DNA from: Azolla caroliniana
Lineage: Eukaryota > Plantae > Polypodiophyta
Reading direction: 5' to 3'
DNA: 64,000 nt
NCBI GenBank assembly: GCA_043228905.1
Contig: JBHGNT010000009.1
Location: 18,414,001-18,478,000 of the forward strand
The notes beneath the pieces were generated by a model that did not search any database, was not told the origin of the DNA, and saw nothing but the letters and a program-made list of their open reading frames with translations. The position numbers and the translations under genes are program-made. Shown in pieces: positions 11,930 through 25,415 of this stretch (within the stretch, counting starts at the first letter, position 1; every line of letters begins with the position of its first letter).

Positions 11930-12705
11930 TTCGACCTTTCATCGAAAAGCGAAGGGAATGAAGATCTCACATGTGAACGGATAGGACCTCTTATTTCTCG
12001 TCATATTTCTTGATCGTCGTATTTTTCGTAGGATCTCTTGTCTCTTACCTTACCATTATATTACTCGCCACATTACGGAGATGAGCTTAAATGGGTTTAT
12101 CGGATAAAGGTATGCGGTGTGACGTATGCAATCCATAGAAAAGCATTCATGACCGTACAAATGACCTTCGAGAAGAGTTTTCGTCTCGAACTGCCAATCT
12201 CTGATGCGCAACGTTACCGTTCTCGTCTCATGATACCAACCGCTAGATTCTTCCACTCGTACGTAAACTTGCATTGTTGAATCTCGAATACGCTACCTTC
12301 TATTAATTCTACCCTAACCAAATGAAGAGTATCGCGCATGCGACGTCTTAGTGGCGGCCTTCGTGTAGGTTGTTTCTAAATCTTAAACGACGTCATCCTT
12401 GTGGACGACTACATTCAAATGCACACCATACAACAACTAGGCGTCATCACATTCTCGCGTCTACTCGCTTGTATTCAAACTAGGAGCACGGCGAGCCTAA
12501 GCAAGAAAGGCATTGTTCATATGTTCCCTCGAGCGAGTGCGCATTAAAAATATGTGAACGGCATCGTCGTGATCGATGATTACGTTCAAATGAGCGACTT
12601 TTATCCCTTCCCCAATCCACGCATGTATTGATTGCGCAACGTTACCGAGCACTCTCGTTGTCATCGTCGTATTCCGATTCTCGAGAAGCGGAACCTAATC
12701 CTAAT

Positions 12706-12778
12706 CGATCCTACTAGGGATCGAACCTAGAATCTCCGGTTTCGTAGACCAGCGCCTTATCCATTGGGCCATAGGATC
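12706..12778 (-). tRNA. trnR-ACG: tRNA-Arg(ACG), unit 11 (anticodon-stem U-G variant)
   Basis: Same variant as unit 8. Confidence 0.93.
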
Positions 12779-13035
12779 TTCGGTTTTCCGTTGGTAATTG
12801 TAGTCCCATTGAGGATCGCGATTGACGTGCGGCACACTTTTGACGAGGAATTTGTGCCGGAGGAACCATTCCATTTCTTTTACCTGTTAAACATCATCAT
12901 CCTCGTAAATGAATGCAACCATTAAGCCAAAACAGTGGATACAAAGATCACATTTTCTGGACGGTTGAGACGAATGCGCATTATGACTCCGTGAATGATT
13001 CTCGGTCGTCGTGCACTAGGGTCACGATTCTAAAC

Positions 13036-13108
13036 CGACCCTACTAGGGGTCGAACCTAGAATCTTTGGTTTCGAAGACCAACGCCTTATCCATTAGGCC
13101 ATAGGATC
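13036..13108 (-). tRNA. trnR-UCG: tRNA-Arg(UCG), unit 12
   Basis: Same sequence as 67-139. Confidence 0.95.
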
Positions 13109-13884
13109 TTCGACCTTTCATCGAAAAGCGAAGGGAATGAAGATCTCACATGTGAACGGATAGGACCTCTTATTTCTCGTCATATTTCTTGATCGTCGTA
13201 TTTTTCGTAGGATCTCTTGTCTCTTACCTTACCATTATATTACTCGCCACATTACGGAGATGAGCTTAAATGGGTTTATCGGATAAAGGTATGCGGTGTG
13301 ACGTATGCAATCCATAGAAAAGCATTCATGACCGTACAAATGACCTTCGAGAAGAGTTTTCGTCTCGAACTGCCAATCTCTGATGCGCAACGTTACCGTT
13401 CTCGTCTCATGATACCAACCGCTAGATTCTTCCACTCGTACGTAAACTTGCATTGTTGAATCTCGAATACGCTACCTTCTATTAATTCTACCCTAACCAA
13501 ATGAAGAGTATCGCGCATGCGACGTCTTAGTGGCGGCCTTCGTGTAGGTTGTTTCTAAATCTTAAACGACGTCATCCTTGTGGACGACTACATTCAAATG
13601 CACACCATACAACAACTAGGCGTCATCACATTCTCGCGTCTACTCGCTTGTATTCAAACTAGGAGCACGGCGAGCCTAAGCAAGAAAGGCATTGTTCATA
13701 TGTTCCCTCGAGCGAGTGCGCATTAAAAATATGTGAACGGCATCGTCGTGATCGATGATTACGTTCAAATGAGCGACTTTTATCCCTTCCCCAATCCACG
13801 CATGTATTGATTGCGCAACGTTACCGAGCACTCTCGTTGTCATCGTCGTATTCCGATTCTCGAGAAGCGGAACCTAATCCTAAT

Positions 13885-13957
13885 CGATCCTACTAGGGAT
13901 CGAACCTAGAATCTCTGGTTTCGTAGACCAGCGCCTTATCCATTGGGCCATAGGATC
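13885..13957 (-). tRNA. trnR-ACG: tRNA-Arg(ACG), unit 12
   Basis: Same sequence as 916-988. Confidence 0.95.
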
Positions 13958-14214
13958 TTCGGTTTTCCGTTGGTAATTGTAGTCCCATTGAGGATCGCGA
14001 TTGACGTGCGGCACACTTTTGACGAGGAATTTGTGCCGGAGGAACCATTCCATTTCTTTTACCTGTTAAACATCATCATCCTCGTAAATGAATGCAACCA
14101 TTAAGCCAAAACAGTGGATACAAAGATCACATTTTCTGGACGGTTGAGACGAATGCGCATTATGACTCCGTGAATGATTCTCGGTCGTCGTGCACTAGGG
14201 TCACGATTCTAAAC

Positions 14215-14287
14215 CGACCCTACTAGGGGTCGAACCTAGAATCTTTGGTTTCGAAGACCAACGCCTTATCCATTAGGCCATAGGATC
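14215..14287 (-). tRNA. trnR-UCG: tRNA-Arg(UCG), unit 13
   Basis: Same sequence as 67-139. Confidence 0.95.
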
Positions 14288-15063
14288 TTCGACCTTTCAT
14301 CGAAAAGCGAAGGGAATGAAGATCTCACATGTGAACGGATAGGACCTCTTATTTCTCGTCATATTTCTTGATCGTCGTATTTTTCGTAGGATCTCTTGTC
14401 TCTTACCTCACCATTATATTACTCGCCACATTACGGAGATGAGCTTAAATGGGTTTATCGGATAAAGGTATGCGGTGTGACGTATGCAATCCATAGAAAA
14501 GCATTCATGACCGTACAAATGACCTTCGAGAAGAGTTTTCGTCTCGAACTGCCAATCTCTGATGCGCAACGTTACCGTTCTCGTCTCATGATACCAACCG
14601 CTAGATTCTTCCACTCGTACGTAAACTTGCATTGTTGAATCTCGAATACGCTACCTTCTATTAATTCTACCCTAACCAAATGAAGAGTATCGCGCATGCG
14701 ACGTCTTAGTGGCGGCCTTCGTGTAGGTTGTTTCTAAATTTTAAACGACGTCATCCTTGCGGACGACTACATTCAAATGCACACCATCCAACAACTAGGC
14801 GTCATCACATTCTCGCGTCTACTCGCTTGTATTCAAACTAGGAGCACGGCGAGCCTAAGCAAGAAAGGCATTGTTCATATGTTCCCTCGAGCGAGTGCGC
14901 ATTAAAAATATGTGAACGGCATCGTCGTGATCGATGATTACGTTCAAACGAGCGACTTTTATCCCTTCCCCAATCCACGCATGTATTGATTGCGCAACGT
15001 TACCGAGCACTCTCGTTGTCATCGTCGTATTCCGATTCTCGAGAAGCGGAACCTAATCCTAGT

Positions 15064-15136
15064 CGATCCTACTAGGGATCGAACCTAGAATCTCTGGTTT
15101 CGTAGACCAGCGCCTTATCCATTGGGCCATAGGATC
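15064..15136 (-). tRNA. trnR-ACG: tRNA-Arg(ACG), unit 13
   Basis: Same sequence as 916-988. Confidence 0.95.
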
Positions 15137-15393
15137 TTCGGTTTTCCGTTGGTAATTGTAGTCCCATTGAGGATCGCGATTGACGTGCGGCACACTTTTG
15201 ACGAGGAATTTGTGCCGGATAAACCATTCCATTTCTTTTACCTGTTAAACATCATCATCCTCGTAAATGAATGCAACCATTAAGCCAAAACAGTGGATAC
15301 AAAGATCACATTTTCTGGACGGTTGAGACGAATGCGCATTATGACTCCGTGAATGATTCTCGGTCGCCGTGCACTAGGGTCACGATTCTAAAC

Positions 15394-15466
15394 CGACCCT
15401 ACTAGGGGTCGAACCTAGAATCTTTGGTTTCGAAGACCAACGCCTTATCCATTAGGCCATAGGATC
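15394..15466 (-). tRNA. trnR-UCG: tRNA-Arg(UCG), unit 14 (this unit lost its ACG gene by a 172-bp deletion)
   Basis: Same sequence as 67-139. Confidence 0.95.
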
Positions 15467-16400
15467 TTCGACCTTTCATCGAAAAGCGAAGGGAATGAAG
15501 ATCTCACATGTGAACGGATAGGACCTCTTATTTCTCGTCATATTTCTTGATCGTCGTATTTTTCGTAGGATCTCTTGTCTCTTACCTGACCATTATATTA
15601 CGCGCCACATTACGGAGATGAGCTTAAATGGGTTTATCGGATAAAGGTATGCGGTGTGACGTATGCAATCCATAGAAAAGCATTGATGACCGTAGAAATG
15701 ACCTTCGAGAAGAGTTTTCGTCTCGAACTGCCAATCTCTGATGCGCAACGTTACCGTTCTCGTCTCATGATACCAACCGCTAGATTCTTCCACTCGTACG
15801 TAAACTTGCATTGTTGAATCTCGAATACGCTACCTTCTATTAATTCTACCCTAACCAAATGAAGAGTATCGCGCATGCGACGTCTTAGTGGCGGCCTTCG
15901 TGTAGGTTGTTTCTAAATTTTAAACGACGTCATCCTTGTGGACGACTACATTCAAATGCACACCATACAACAACTAGGCGTCATCACATTCTCGCGTCTA
16001 CTCGCTTGTATTCAAACTAGGAGCACGGCGAGCCTAAGCAAGAAAGGCATTGTTCATATGTTCCCTCGAGCGAGTGCGCATTAAAAATATGTGAACGGCA
16101 TCGTCGTGATCGATGATTACGTTCAAATGAGCGACTTTTATCCCTTCCCCAATCCACGCATGTATTGATTGCGCAACGTTACCGAGCACTCTCGTTGTCA
16201 TCGTCGTATTCCGATTCTCGAGAAGCGGAACCATTCCATTTCTTTTACCTGTTAAACATCATCATCCTCGTAAATGAATGCAACCATTAAGCCAAAACAG
16301 TGGATACAAAGATCACATTTTCTGGACGGTTGAGACGAATGCGCATTATGACTCCGTGAATGATTCTCGGTCGTCGTGCACTAGGGTCACGATTCTAAAC

Positions 16401-16473
16401 CGACCCTACTAGGGGTCGAACCTAGAATCTTTGGTTTCGAAGACCAACGCCTTATCCATTAGGCCATAGGATC
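16401..16473 (-). tRNA. trnR-UCG: tRNA-Arg(UCG), unit 15
   Basis: Same sequence as 67-139. Confidence 0.95.
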
Positions 16474-17249
16474 TTCGACCTTTCATCGAAAAGCGAAGGG
16501 AATGAAGATCTCACATGTGAACGGATAGGACCTCTTATTTCTCGTCATATTTCTTGATCGTCGTATTTTTCGTAGGATCTCTTGTCTCTTACCTCACCAT
16601 TATATTACTCGCCACATTACGGAGATGAGCTTAAATGGGTTTATCGGATAAAGGTATGCGGTGTGACGTATGCAATCCATAGAAAAGCATTCATGACCGT
16701 ACAAATGACCTTCGAGAAGAGTTTTCGTCTCGAACTGCCAATCTCTGATGCGCAACGTTACCGTTCTCGTCTCATGATACCAACCGCTAGATTCTTCCAC
16801 TCGTACGTAAACTTGCATTGTTGAATCTCGAATACGCTACCTTCTATTAATTCTACCCTAACCAAATGAAGAGTATCGCGCATGCGACGTCTTAGTGGCG
16901 GCCTTCGTGTAGGTTGTTTCTAAATTTTAAACGACGTCATCCTTGCGGACGACTACATTCAAATGCACACCATCCAACAACTAGGCGTCATCACATTCTC
17001 GCGTCTACTCGCTTGTATTCAAACTAGGAGCACGGCGAGCCTAAGCAAGAAAGGCATTGTTCATATGTTCCCTCGAGCGAGTGCGCATTAAAAATATGTG
17101 AACGGCATCGTCGTGATCGATGATTACGTTCAAACGAGCGACTTTTATCCCTTCCCCAATCCACGCATGTATTGATTGCGCAACGTTACCGAGCACTCTC
17201 GTTGTCATCGTCGTATTCCGATTCTCGAGAAGCGGAACCTAATCCTAGT

Positions 17250-17322
17250 CGATCCTACTAGGGATCGAACCTAGAATCTCTGGTTTCGTAGACCAGCGCC
17301 TTATCCATTGGGCCATAGGATC
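17250..17322 (-). tRNA. trnR-ACG: tRNA-Arg(ACG), unit 15
   Basis: Same sequence as 916-988. Confidence 0.95.
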
Positions 17323-17579
17323 TTCGGTTTTCCGTTGGTAATTGTAGTCCCATTGAGGATCGCGATTGACGTGCGGCACACTTTTGACGAGGAATTTGTG
17401 CCGGAGGAACCATTCAAGTTCTTTTACCTGTTAAACATCATCATCCTCGTAAATGAATGCAACCATTAAGCCAAAACAGTGGATACAAAGATCACATTTT
17501 CTGGACGGTTGAGACGAATGCGCATTATGACTCCGTGAATGATTCTCGGTCGCCGTGCACTAGGGTCACGATTCTAAAC

Positions 17580-17652
17580 CGACCCTACTAGGGGTCGAAC
17601 CTAGAATCTTTGGTTTCGAAGACCAACGCCTTATCCATTAGGCCATAGGATC
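17580..17652 (-). tRNA. trnR-UCG: tRNA-Arg(UCG), unit 16
   Basis: Same sequence as 67-139. Confidence 0.95.
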
Positions 17653-18428
17653 TTCGACCTTTCATCGAAAAGCGAAGGGAATGAAGATCTCACATGTGAA
17701 CGGATAGGACCTCTTATTTCTCGTCATATTTCTTGATCGTCGTATTTTTCGTAGGATCTCTTGTCTCTTACCTGACCATTATATTACGCGCCACATTACG
17801 GAGATGAGCTTAAATGGGTTTATCGGATAAAGGTATGCGGTGTGACGTATGCAATCCATAGAAAAGCATTGATGACCGTAGAAATGACCTTCGAGAAGAG
17901 TTTTCGTCTCGAACTGCCAATCTCTGATGCGCAACGTTACCGTTCTCGTCTCATGATACCAACCGCTAGATTCTTCCACTCGTACGTAAACTTGCATTGT
18001 TGAATCTCGAATACGCTACCTTCTATTAATTCTACCCTAACCAAATGAAGAGTATCGCGCATGCGACGTCTTAGTGGCGGCCTTCGTGTAGGTTGTTTCT
18101 AAATTTTAAACGACGTCATCCTTGTGGACGACTACATTCAAATGCACACCATACAACAACTAGGCGTCATCACATTCTCGCGTCTACTCGCTTGTATTCA
18201 AACTAGGAGCACGGCGAGCCTAAGCAAGAAAGGCATTGTTCATATGTTCCCTCGAGCGAGTGCGCATTAAAAATATGTGAACGGCATCGTCGTGATCGAT
18301 GATTACGTTCAAACGAGCGACTTTTATCCCTTCCCCAATCCACGCATGTATTGATTGCGCAACGTTACCGAGCACTCTCGTTGTCATCGTCGTATTCCGA
18401 TTCTCGAGAAGCGGAACCTAATCCTAGT

Positions 18429-18501
18429 CGATCCTACTAGGGATCGAACCTAGAATCTCTGGTTTCGTAGACCAGCGCCTTATCCATTGGGCCATAGGAT
18501 C
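18429..18501 (-). tRNA. trnR-ACG: tRNA-Arg(ACG), unit 16
   Basis: Same sequence as 916-988. Confidence 0.95.
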
Positions 18502-18758
18502 TTCGGTTTTCCGTTGGTAATTGTAGTCCCATTGAGGATCGCGATTGACGTGCGGCACACTTTTGACGAGGAATTTGTGCCGGATAAACCATTCCATTTC
18601 TTTTACCTGTTAAACATCATCATCCTCGTAAATGAATGCAACCATTAAGCCAAAACAGTGGATACAAAGATCACATTTTCTGGACGGTTGAGACGAATGC
18701 GCATTATGACTCCGTGAATGATTCTCGGTCGCCGTGCACTAGGGTCACGATTCTAAAC

Positions 18759-18831
18759 CGACCCTACTAGGGGTCGAACCTAGAATCTTTGGTTTCGAAG
18801 ACCAACGCCTTATCCATTAGGCCATAGGATC
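18759..18831 (-). tRNA. trnR-UCG: tRNA-Arg(UCG), unit 17
   Basis: Same sequence as 67-139. Confidence 0.95.
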
Positions 18832-19607
18832 TTCGACCTTTCATCGAAAAGCGAAGGGAATGAAGATCTCACATGTGAACGGATAGGACCTCTTATTTCT
18901 CGTCATATTTCTTGATCGTCGTATTTTTCGTAGGATCTCTTGTCTCTTACCTGACCATTATATTACGCGCCACATTACGGAGATGAGCTTAAATGGGTTT
19001 ATCGGATAAAGGTATGCGGTGTGACGTATGCAATCCATAGAAAAGCATTGATGACCGTAGAAATGACCTTCGAGAAGAGTTTTCGTCTCGAACTGCCAAT
19101 CTCTGATGCGCAACGTTACCGTTCTCGTCTCATGATACCAACCGCTAGATTCTTCCACTCGTACGTAAACTTGCATTGTTGAATCTCGAATACGCTACCT
19201 TCTATTAATTCTACCCTAACCAAATGAAGAGTATCGCGCATGCGACGTCTTAGTGGCGGCCTTCGTGTAGGTTGTTTCTAAATTTTAAACGACGTCATCC
19301 TTGTGGACGACTACATTCAAATGCACACCATACAACAACTAGGCGTCATCACATTCTCGCCTCTACTCGCTTGTATTCAAACTAGGAGCACGGCGAGCCT
19401 AAGCAAGAAAGGCATTGTTCATATGTTCCCTCGAGCGAGTGCGCATTAAAAATATGTGAACGGCATCGTCGTGATCGATGATTACGTTCAAACGAGCGAC
19501 TTTTATCCCTTCCCCAATCCACGCATGTATTGATTGCGCAACGTTACCGAGCACTCTCGTTGTCATCGTCGTATTCCGATTCTCGAGAAGCGGAACCTAA
19601 TCCTAAT

Positions 19608-19680
19608 CGATCCTACTAGGGATCGAACCTAGAATCTCTGGTTTCGTAGACCAGCGCCTTATCCATTGGGCCATAGGATC
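19608..19680 (-). tRNA. trnR-ACG: tRNA-Arg(ACG), unit 17
   Basis: Same sequence as 916-988. Confidence 0.95.
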
Positions 19681-19937
19681 TTCGGTTTTCCGTTGGTAAT
19701 TGTAGTCCCATTGAGGATCGCGATTGACGTGCGGCACACTTTTGACGAGGAATTTGTGCCGGATAAACCATTCCATTTCTTTTACCTGTTAAACATCATC
19801 ATCCTCGTAAATGAATGCAACCATTAAGCCAAAACAGTGGATACAAAGATCACATTTTCTGGACGGTTGAGACGAATGCGCATTATGACTCCGTGAATGA
19901 TTCTCGGTCGTCGTGCACTAGGGTCACGATTCTAAAC

Positions 19938-20010
19938 CGACCCTACTAGGGGTCGAACCTAGAATCTTTGGTTTCGAAGACCAACGCCTTATCCATTAGG
20001 CCATAGGATC
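19938..20010 (-). tRNA. trnR-UCG: tRNA-Arg(UCG), unit 18
   Basis: Same sequence as 67-139. Confidence 0.95.
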
Positions 20011-20708
20011 TTCGACCTTTCATCGAAAAGCGAAGGGAATGAAGATCTCACATGTGAACGGATAGGACCTCTTATTTCTCGTCATATTTCTTGATCGTCG
20101 TATTTTTCGTAGGATCTCTTGTCTCTTACCTGACCATTATATTACGCGCCACATTACGGAGATGAGCTTAAATGGGTTTATCGGATAAAGGTATGCGGTG
20201 TGACGTATGCAATCCATAGAAAAGCATTGATGACCGTAGAAATGACCTTCGAGAAGAGTTTTCGTCTCGAACTGCCAATCTCTGATGCGCAACGTTACCG
20301 TTCTCGTCTCATGATACCAACCGCTAGATTCTTCCACTCGTACGTAAACTTGCATTGTTGAATCTCGAATACGCTACCTTCTATTAATTCTACCCTAACC
20401 AAATGAAGAGTATCGCGCATGCGACGTCTTAGTGGCGGCCTTCGTGTAGGTTGTTTCTAAATTTTAAACGACGTCATCCTTGTGGACGACTACATTCAAA
20501 TGCACACCATACAACAACTAGGCGTCATCACATTCTCGCCTCTACTCGCTTGTATTCAAACTAGGAGCACGGCGAGCCTAAGCAAGAAAGGCATTGTTCA
20601 TATGTTCCCTCGAGCGAGTGCGCATTAAAAATATGTGAACGGCATCGTCGTGATCGATGATTACGTTCAAATGAGCGACTTTTATCCCTTCCCCACCCTA
20701 ATCCTAAT

Positions 20709-20781
20709 CGATCCTACTAGGGATCGAACCTAGAATCTCTGGTTTCGTAGACCAGCGCCTTATCCATTGGGCCATAGGATC
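20709..20781 (-). tRNA. trnR-ACG: tRNA-Arg(ACG), unit 18
   Basis: Same sequence as 916-988; 78-bp deletion in the 3' flank. Confidence 0.95.
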
Positions 20782-21037
20782 TTCGGTTTTCCGTTGGTAA
20801 TTGTAGTCCCATTGAGGATCGCGATTGACGTGCGGCACACTTTTGACGAGGAATTTGTGCCGGGTAAACCATTCCATTTCTTTTACCTATTAAACATCAT
20901 CATCCTCGTAAATGAATGCAACCATTAAGCCAAAACAGTGGATACAAGATCACATTTTCTGGACGGTTGAGACGAATGCGCATTATGACTCCGTGAATGA
21001 TTCTCGGTCGTCGTGCACTAGGGTCACGATTCTAAAC

Positions 21038-21110
21038 CGACCCTACTAGGGGTTGAACCTAGAATCTTTGGTTTCGAAGACCAACGCCTTATCCATTAGG
21101 CCATAGGATC
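21038..21110 (-). tRNA. trnR-UCG: tRNA-Arg(UCG), unit 19 (T-loop TTCAACC variant)
   Basis: As 67-139 with G57>A; still a purine, so canonical. Confidence 0.93.
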
Positions 21111-21886
21111 TTCGACCTTTCATCGAAAAGCGAAGGGAATGAAGATCTCACATGTGAACGGATAGGACCTCTTATTTCTCGTCATATTTCTTGATCGTCG
21201 TATTTTTCGTAGGATCTCTTGTCTCTTACCTCACCATTATATTACTCGCCACATTACGGAGATGAGCTTAAATGGGTTTATCGGATAAAGGTATGCGGTG
21301 TGACGTATGCAATCCATAGAAAAGCATTCATGACCGTACAAATGACCTTCGAGAAGAGTTTTCGTCTCGAACTGCCAATCTCTGATGCGCAACGTTACTG
21401 TTCTCGTCTCATGATACCAACCGCTAGATTCTTCCACTCGTACGTAAACTTGCATTGTTGAATCTCGAATACGCTACCTTCTATTAATTCTACCCTAACC
21501 AAATGAAGAGTATCGCGCATGCGACGTCTTAGTGGCGGCCTTCGTGTAGGTTGTTTCTAAATTTTAAACGACGTCATCCTTGTGGACGACTACATTCAAA
21601 TGCACACCATACAACAACTAGGCGTCATCACATTCTCGCGTCTACTCGCTTGTATTCAAACTAGGAGCACGGCGAGCCTAAGCAAGAAAGGCATTGTTCA
21701 TATGTTCCCTCGAGCGAGTGCGCATTAAAAATATGTGAACGGCATCGTCGTGATCGATGAGTACGTTCAAATGAGCGACTTTTATCCCTTCCCCAATCCA
21801 CGCATGTATTGATTGCGCAACGTTACCGAGCACTCTCGTTGTCATCGTCGTATTCCGATTCTCGAGAAGCGGAACCTAATCCTAAT

Positions 21887-21959
21887 CGATCCTACTAGGG
21901 ATCGAACCTAGAATCTCTGGTTTCGTAGACCAGCGCCTTATCCATTGGGCCATAGGATC
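21887..21959 (-). tRNA. trnR-ACG: tRNA-Arg(ACG), unit 19
   Basis: Same sequence as 916-988. Confidence 0.95.
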
Positions 21960-22215
21960 TTCGGTTTTCCGTTGGTAATTGTAGTCCCATTGAGGATCGC
22001 GATTGACGTGCGGCACACTTTTGACGAGGAATTTGTGCCGGATAAACCATTCCATTTCTTTTACCTATTTAACATCATCATCCTCGTAAATGAATGCAAC
22101 CATTAAGCCAAAACAGTGGATACAAGATCACATTTTCTGGATGGTTGAGACGAATGCGCATTATGACTCCGTGAATGATTCTCGGTCGTCGTGCACTAGG
22201 GTCACGATTCTAAAC

Positions 22216-22288
22216 CGACCCTACTAGGGGTCGAACCTAGAATCTTTGGTTTCGAAGACCAACGCCTTATCCATTAGGCCATAGGATC
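22216..22288 (-). tRNA. trnR-UCG: tRNA-Arg(UCG), unit 20
   Basis: Same sequence as 67-139. Confidence 0.95.
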
Positions 22289-22986
22289 TTCGACCTTTCA
22301 TTGAAAAGCGAAGGGAATGAAGATCTCACATGTGAACGGATAGGACCTCTTATTTCTCGTCATATTTCTTGATCGTCGTATTTTTCGTAGGATCTCTTGT
22401 CTCTTACCTGACCATTATATTACGCGCCACATTACGGAGATGAGCTTAAATGGGTTTATCGGATAAAGGTATGCGGTGTGACGTATGCAATCCATAGAAA
22501 AGCATTGATGACCGTACAAATGACCTTCGAGAAGAGTTTTCGTCTCGAACTGCCAATCTCTGATGCGCAACGTTACCGTTCTCGTCTCATGATACCAACT
22601 GCTAGATTCTTCCACTCGTACGTAAACTTGCATTGTTGAATCTCGAATACGCTACCTTCTATTAATTCTACCCTAACCAAATGAAGAGTATCGCGCATGC
22701 GACGTCTTAGTGCCGGCCTTCGTGTAGGTTGTTTCTAAATTTTAAACGACGTCATCCTTGTGGACGACTACATTCAAATGCACACCATACAACAACTAGG
22801 CGTCATCACATTCTCGCGTCTACTCGCTTGTATTCAAACTAGGAGCACGGCGAGCCTAAGCAAGAAAGGCATTGTTCATATGTTCCCTCGAGCGAGTGCG
22901 CATTAAAAATATGTGAACGGCATCGTCGTGATCGATGATTACGTTCAAATGAGCGACTTTTATCCCTTCCCCACCCTAATCCTAAT

Positions 22987-23059
22987 CGATCCTACTAGGG
23001 ATCGAACCTAGAATCTCTGGTTTCGTAGACCAGCGCCTTATCCATTGGGCCATAGGATC
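22987..23059 (-). tRNA. trnR-ACG: tRNA-Arg(ACG), unit 20
   Basis: Same sequence as 916-988; 78-bp deletion in the 3' flank. Confidence 0.95.
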
Positions 23060-23315
23060 TTCGGTTTTCCGTTGGTAATTGTAGTCCCATTGAGGATCGC
23101 GATTGACGTGCGGCACACTTTTGACGAGGAATTTGTGCCGGATAAACCATTCCATTTCTTTTACCTATTAAACATCATCATCCTCGTAAATGAATGCAAC
23201 CATTAAGCCAAAACAGTGGATACAAGATCACATTTTCTGGACGGTTGAGACGAATGCGCATTATGACTCCGTGAATGATTCTCGGTCGTCGTGCACTAGG
23301 GTCACGATTCTAAAC

Positions 23316-23388
23316 CGACCCTACTAGGGGTTGAACCTAGAATCTTTGGTTTCGAAGACCAACGCCTTATCCATTAGGCCATAGGATC
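23316..23388 (-). tRNA. trnR-UCG: tRNA-Arg(UCG), unit 21 (T-loop TTCAACC variant)
   Basis: Same variant as unit 19. Confidence 0.93.
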
Positions 23389-24164
23389 TTCGACCTTTCA
23401 TCGAAAAGCGAAGGGAATGAAGAGCTCACATGTGAACGGATAGGACCTCTTATTTCTCGTCATATTTCTTGATCGTCGTATTTTTCGTAGGATCTCTTGT
23501 CTCTTACCTCACCATTATATTACTCGCCACATTACGGAGATGAGCTTAAATGGGTTTATCGGATAAAGGTATGCGGTGTGACGTATGCAATCCATAGAAA
23601 AGCATTCATGACCGTACAAATGACCTTCGAGAAGAGTTTTCGTCTCGAACTGCCAATCTCTGATGCGCAACGTTACTGTTCTCGTCTCATGATACCAACC
23701 GCTAGATTCTTCCACTCGTACGTAAACTTGCATTGTTGAATCTCGAATACGCTACCTTCTATTAATTCTACCCTAACCAAATGAAGAGTATCGCGCATGC
23801 GACGTCTTAGTGGCGGCCTTCGTGTAGGTTGTTTCTAAATTTTAAACGACGTCATCCTTGTGGACGACTACATTCAAATGCACACCATACAACAACTAGG
23901 CGTCATCACATTCTCGCGTCTACTCGCTTGTATTCAAACTAGGAGCACGGCGAGCCTAAGCAAGAAAGGCATTGTTCATATGTTCCCTCGAGCGAGTGCG
24001 CATTAAAAATATGTGAACGGCATCGTCGTGATCGATGAGTACGTTCAAATGAGCGACTTTTATCCCTTCCCCAATCCACGCATGTATTGATTGCGCAACG
24101 TTACCAAGCACTCTCGTTGTCATCGTCGTATTCCGATTCTCGAGAAGCGGAACCTAATCCTAAT

Positions 24165-24237
24165 CGATCCTACTAGGGATCGAACCTAGAATCTCTGGTT
24201 TCGTAGACCAGCGCCTTATCCATTGGGCCATAGGATC
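24165..24237 (-). tRNA. trnR-ACG: tRNA-Arg(ACG), unit 21
   Basis: Same sequence as 916-988. Confidence 0.95.
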
Positions 24238-24493
24238 TTCGGTTTTCCGTTGGTAATTGTAGTCCCATTGAGGATCGCGATTGACGTGCGGCACACTTTT
24301 GACGAGGAATTTGTGCCGGATTAACCATTCCATTTCTTTTACCTATTAAACATCATCATCCTCGTAAATGAATGCAACCATTAAGCCAAAACAGTGGATA
24401 CAAGATCACATTTTATGGACGGTTGAGACGAATGCGCATTATGACTCCGTGAATGATTCTCGGTCGTCGTGCACTAGGGTCACGATTCTAAAC

Positions 24494-24566
24494 CGACCCT
24501 ACTAGGGGTCGAACCTAGAATCTTTGGTTTCGAAGACCAACGCCTTATCCATTAGGCCATAGGATC
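24494..24566 (-). tRNA. trnR-UCG: tRNA-Arg(UCG), unit 22
   Basis: Same sequence as 67-139. Confidence 0.95.
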
Positions 24567-25342
24567 TTCGACCTTTCATTGAAAAGCGAAGGGAATGAAG
24601 ATCTCACATGTGAACGGATAGGACCTCTTATTTCTCGTCATATTTCTTGATCGTCGTATTTTTCGTAGGATCTCTTGTCTCTTACCTTACCATTATATTA
24701 CTCGCCACATTACGGAGATGAGCTTAAATGGGTTTATCGGATAAAGGTATGCGGTGTGACGTATGCAATCCATAGAAAAGCATTCATGACCGTACAAATG
24801 ACCTTCGAGAAGAGTTTTCGTCTCGAACTGCCAATCTCTGAGGCGCAACGTTACCGTTCTCATCTCATGATACCAACCGCTAGATTCTTCCACTCGTACG
24901 TAAACTTGCATTGTTGAATCTCGAATACGCTACCTTCTAGTAATTCTACCCTAACCAAATGAAGAGTATCGCGCATGCGACGTCTTAGTGGCGGCCTTCG
25001 TGTAGGTTGTTTCTAAATTTTAAACGACGTCATCCTTGTGGACGACTACATTCAAATGCACACCATACAACAACTAGGCGTCATCACATTCTCGCGTCTA
25101 CTCGCTTGTATTCAAACTAGGAGCACGGCGAGCCTAAGCAAGAAAGGCATTGTTCATATGTTCCCTCGAGCGAGTGCGCATTAAAAATATGTGAACGGCA
25201 TCGTCGTGATCGATGATTACGTTCAAATGAGCGACTTTTATCCCTTCCCCAATCCACGCATGTATTGATTGCGCAACGTTACCGAGCACTCTCGTTGTCA
25301 TCGTCGTATTCCGATTCTCGAGAAGCGGAACCTAATCCTAAT

Positions 25343-25415
25343 CGATCCTACTAGGGATCGAACCTAGAATCTCTGGTTTCGTAGACCAGCGCCTTATCCA
25401 TTGGGCCATAGGATC
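25343..25415 (-). tRNA. trnR-ACG: tRNA-Arg(ACG), unit 22
   Basis: Same sequence as 916-988. Confidence 0.95.
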
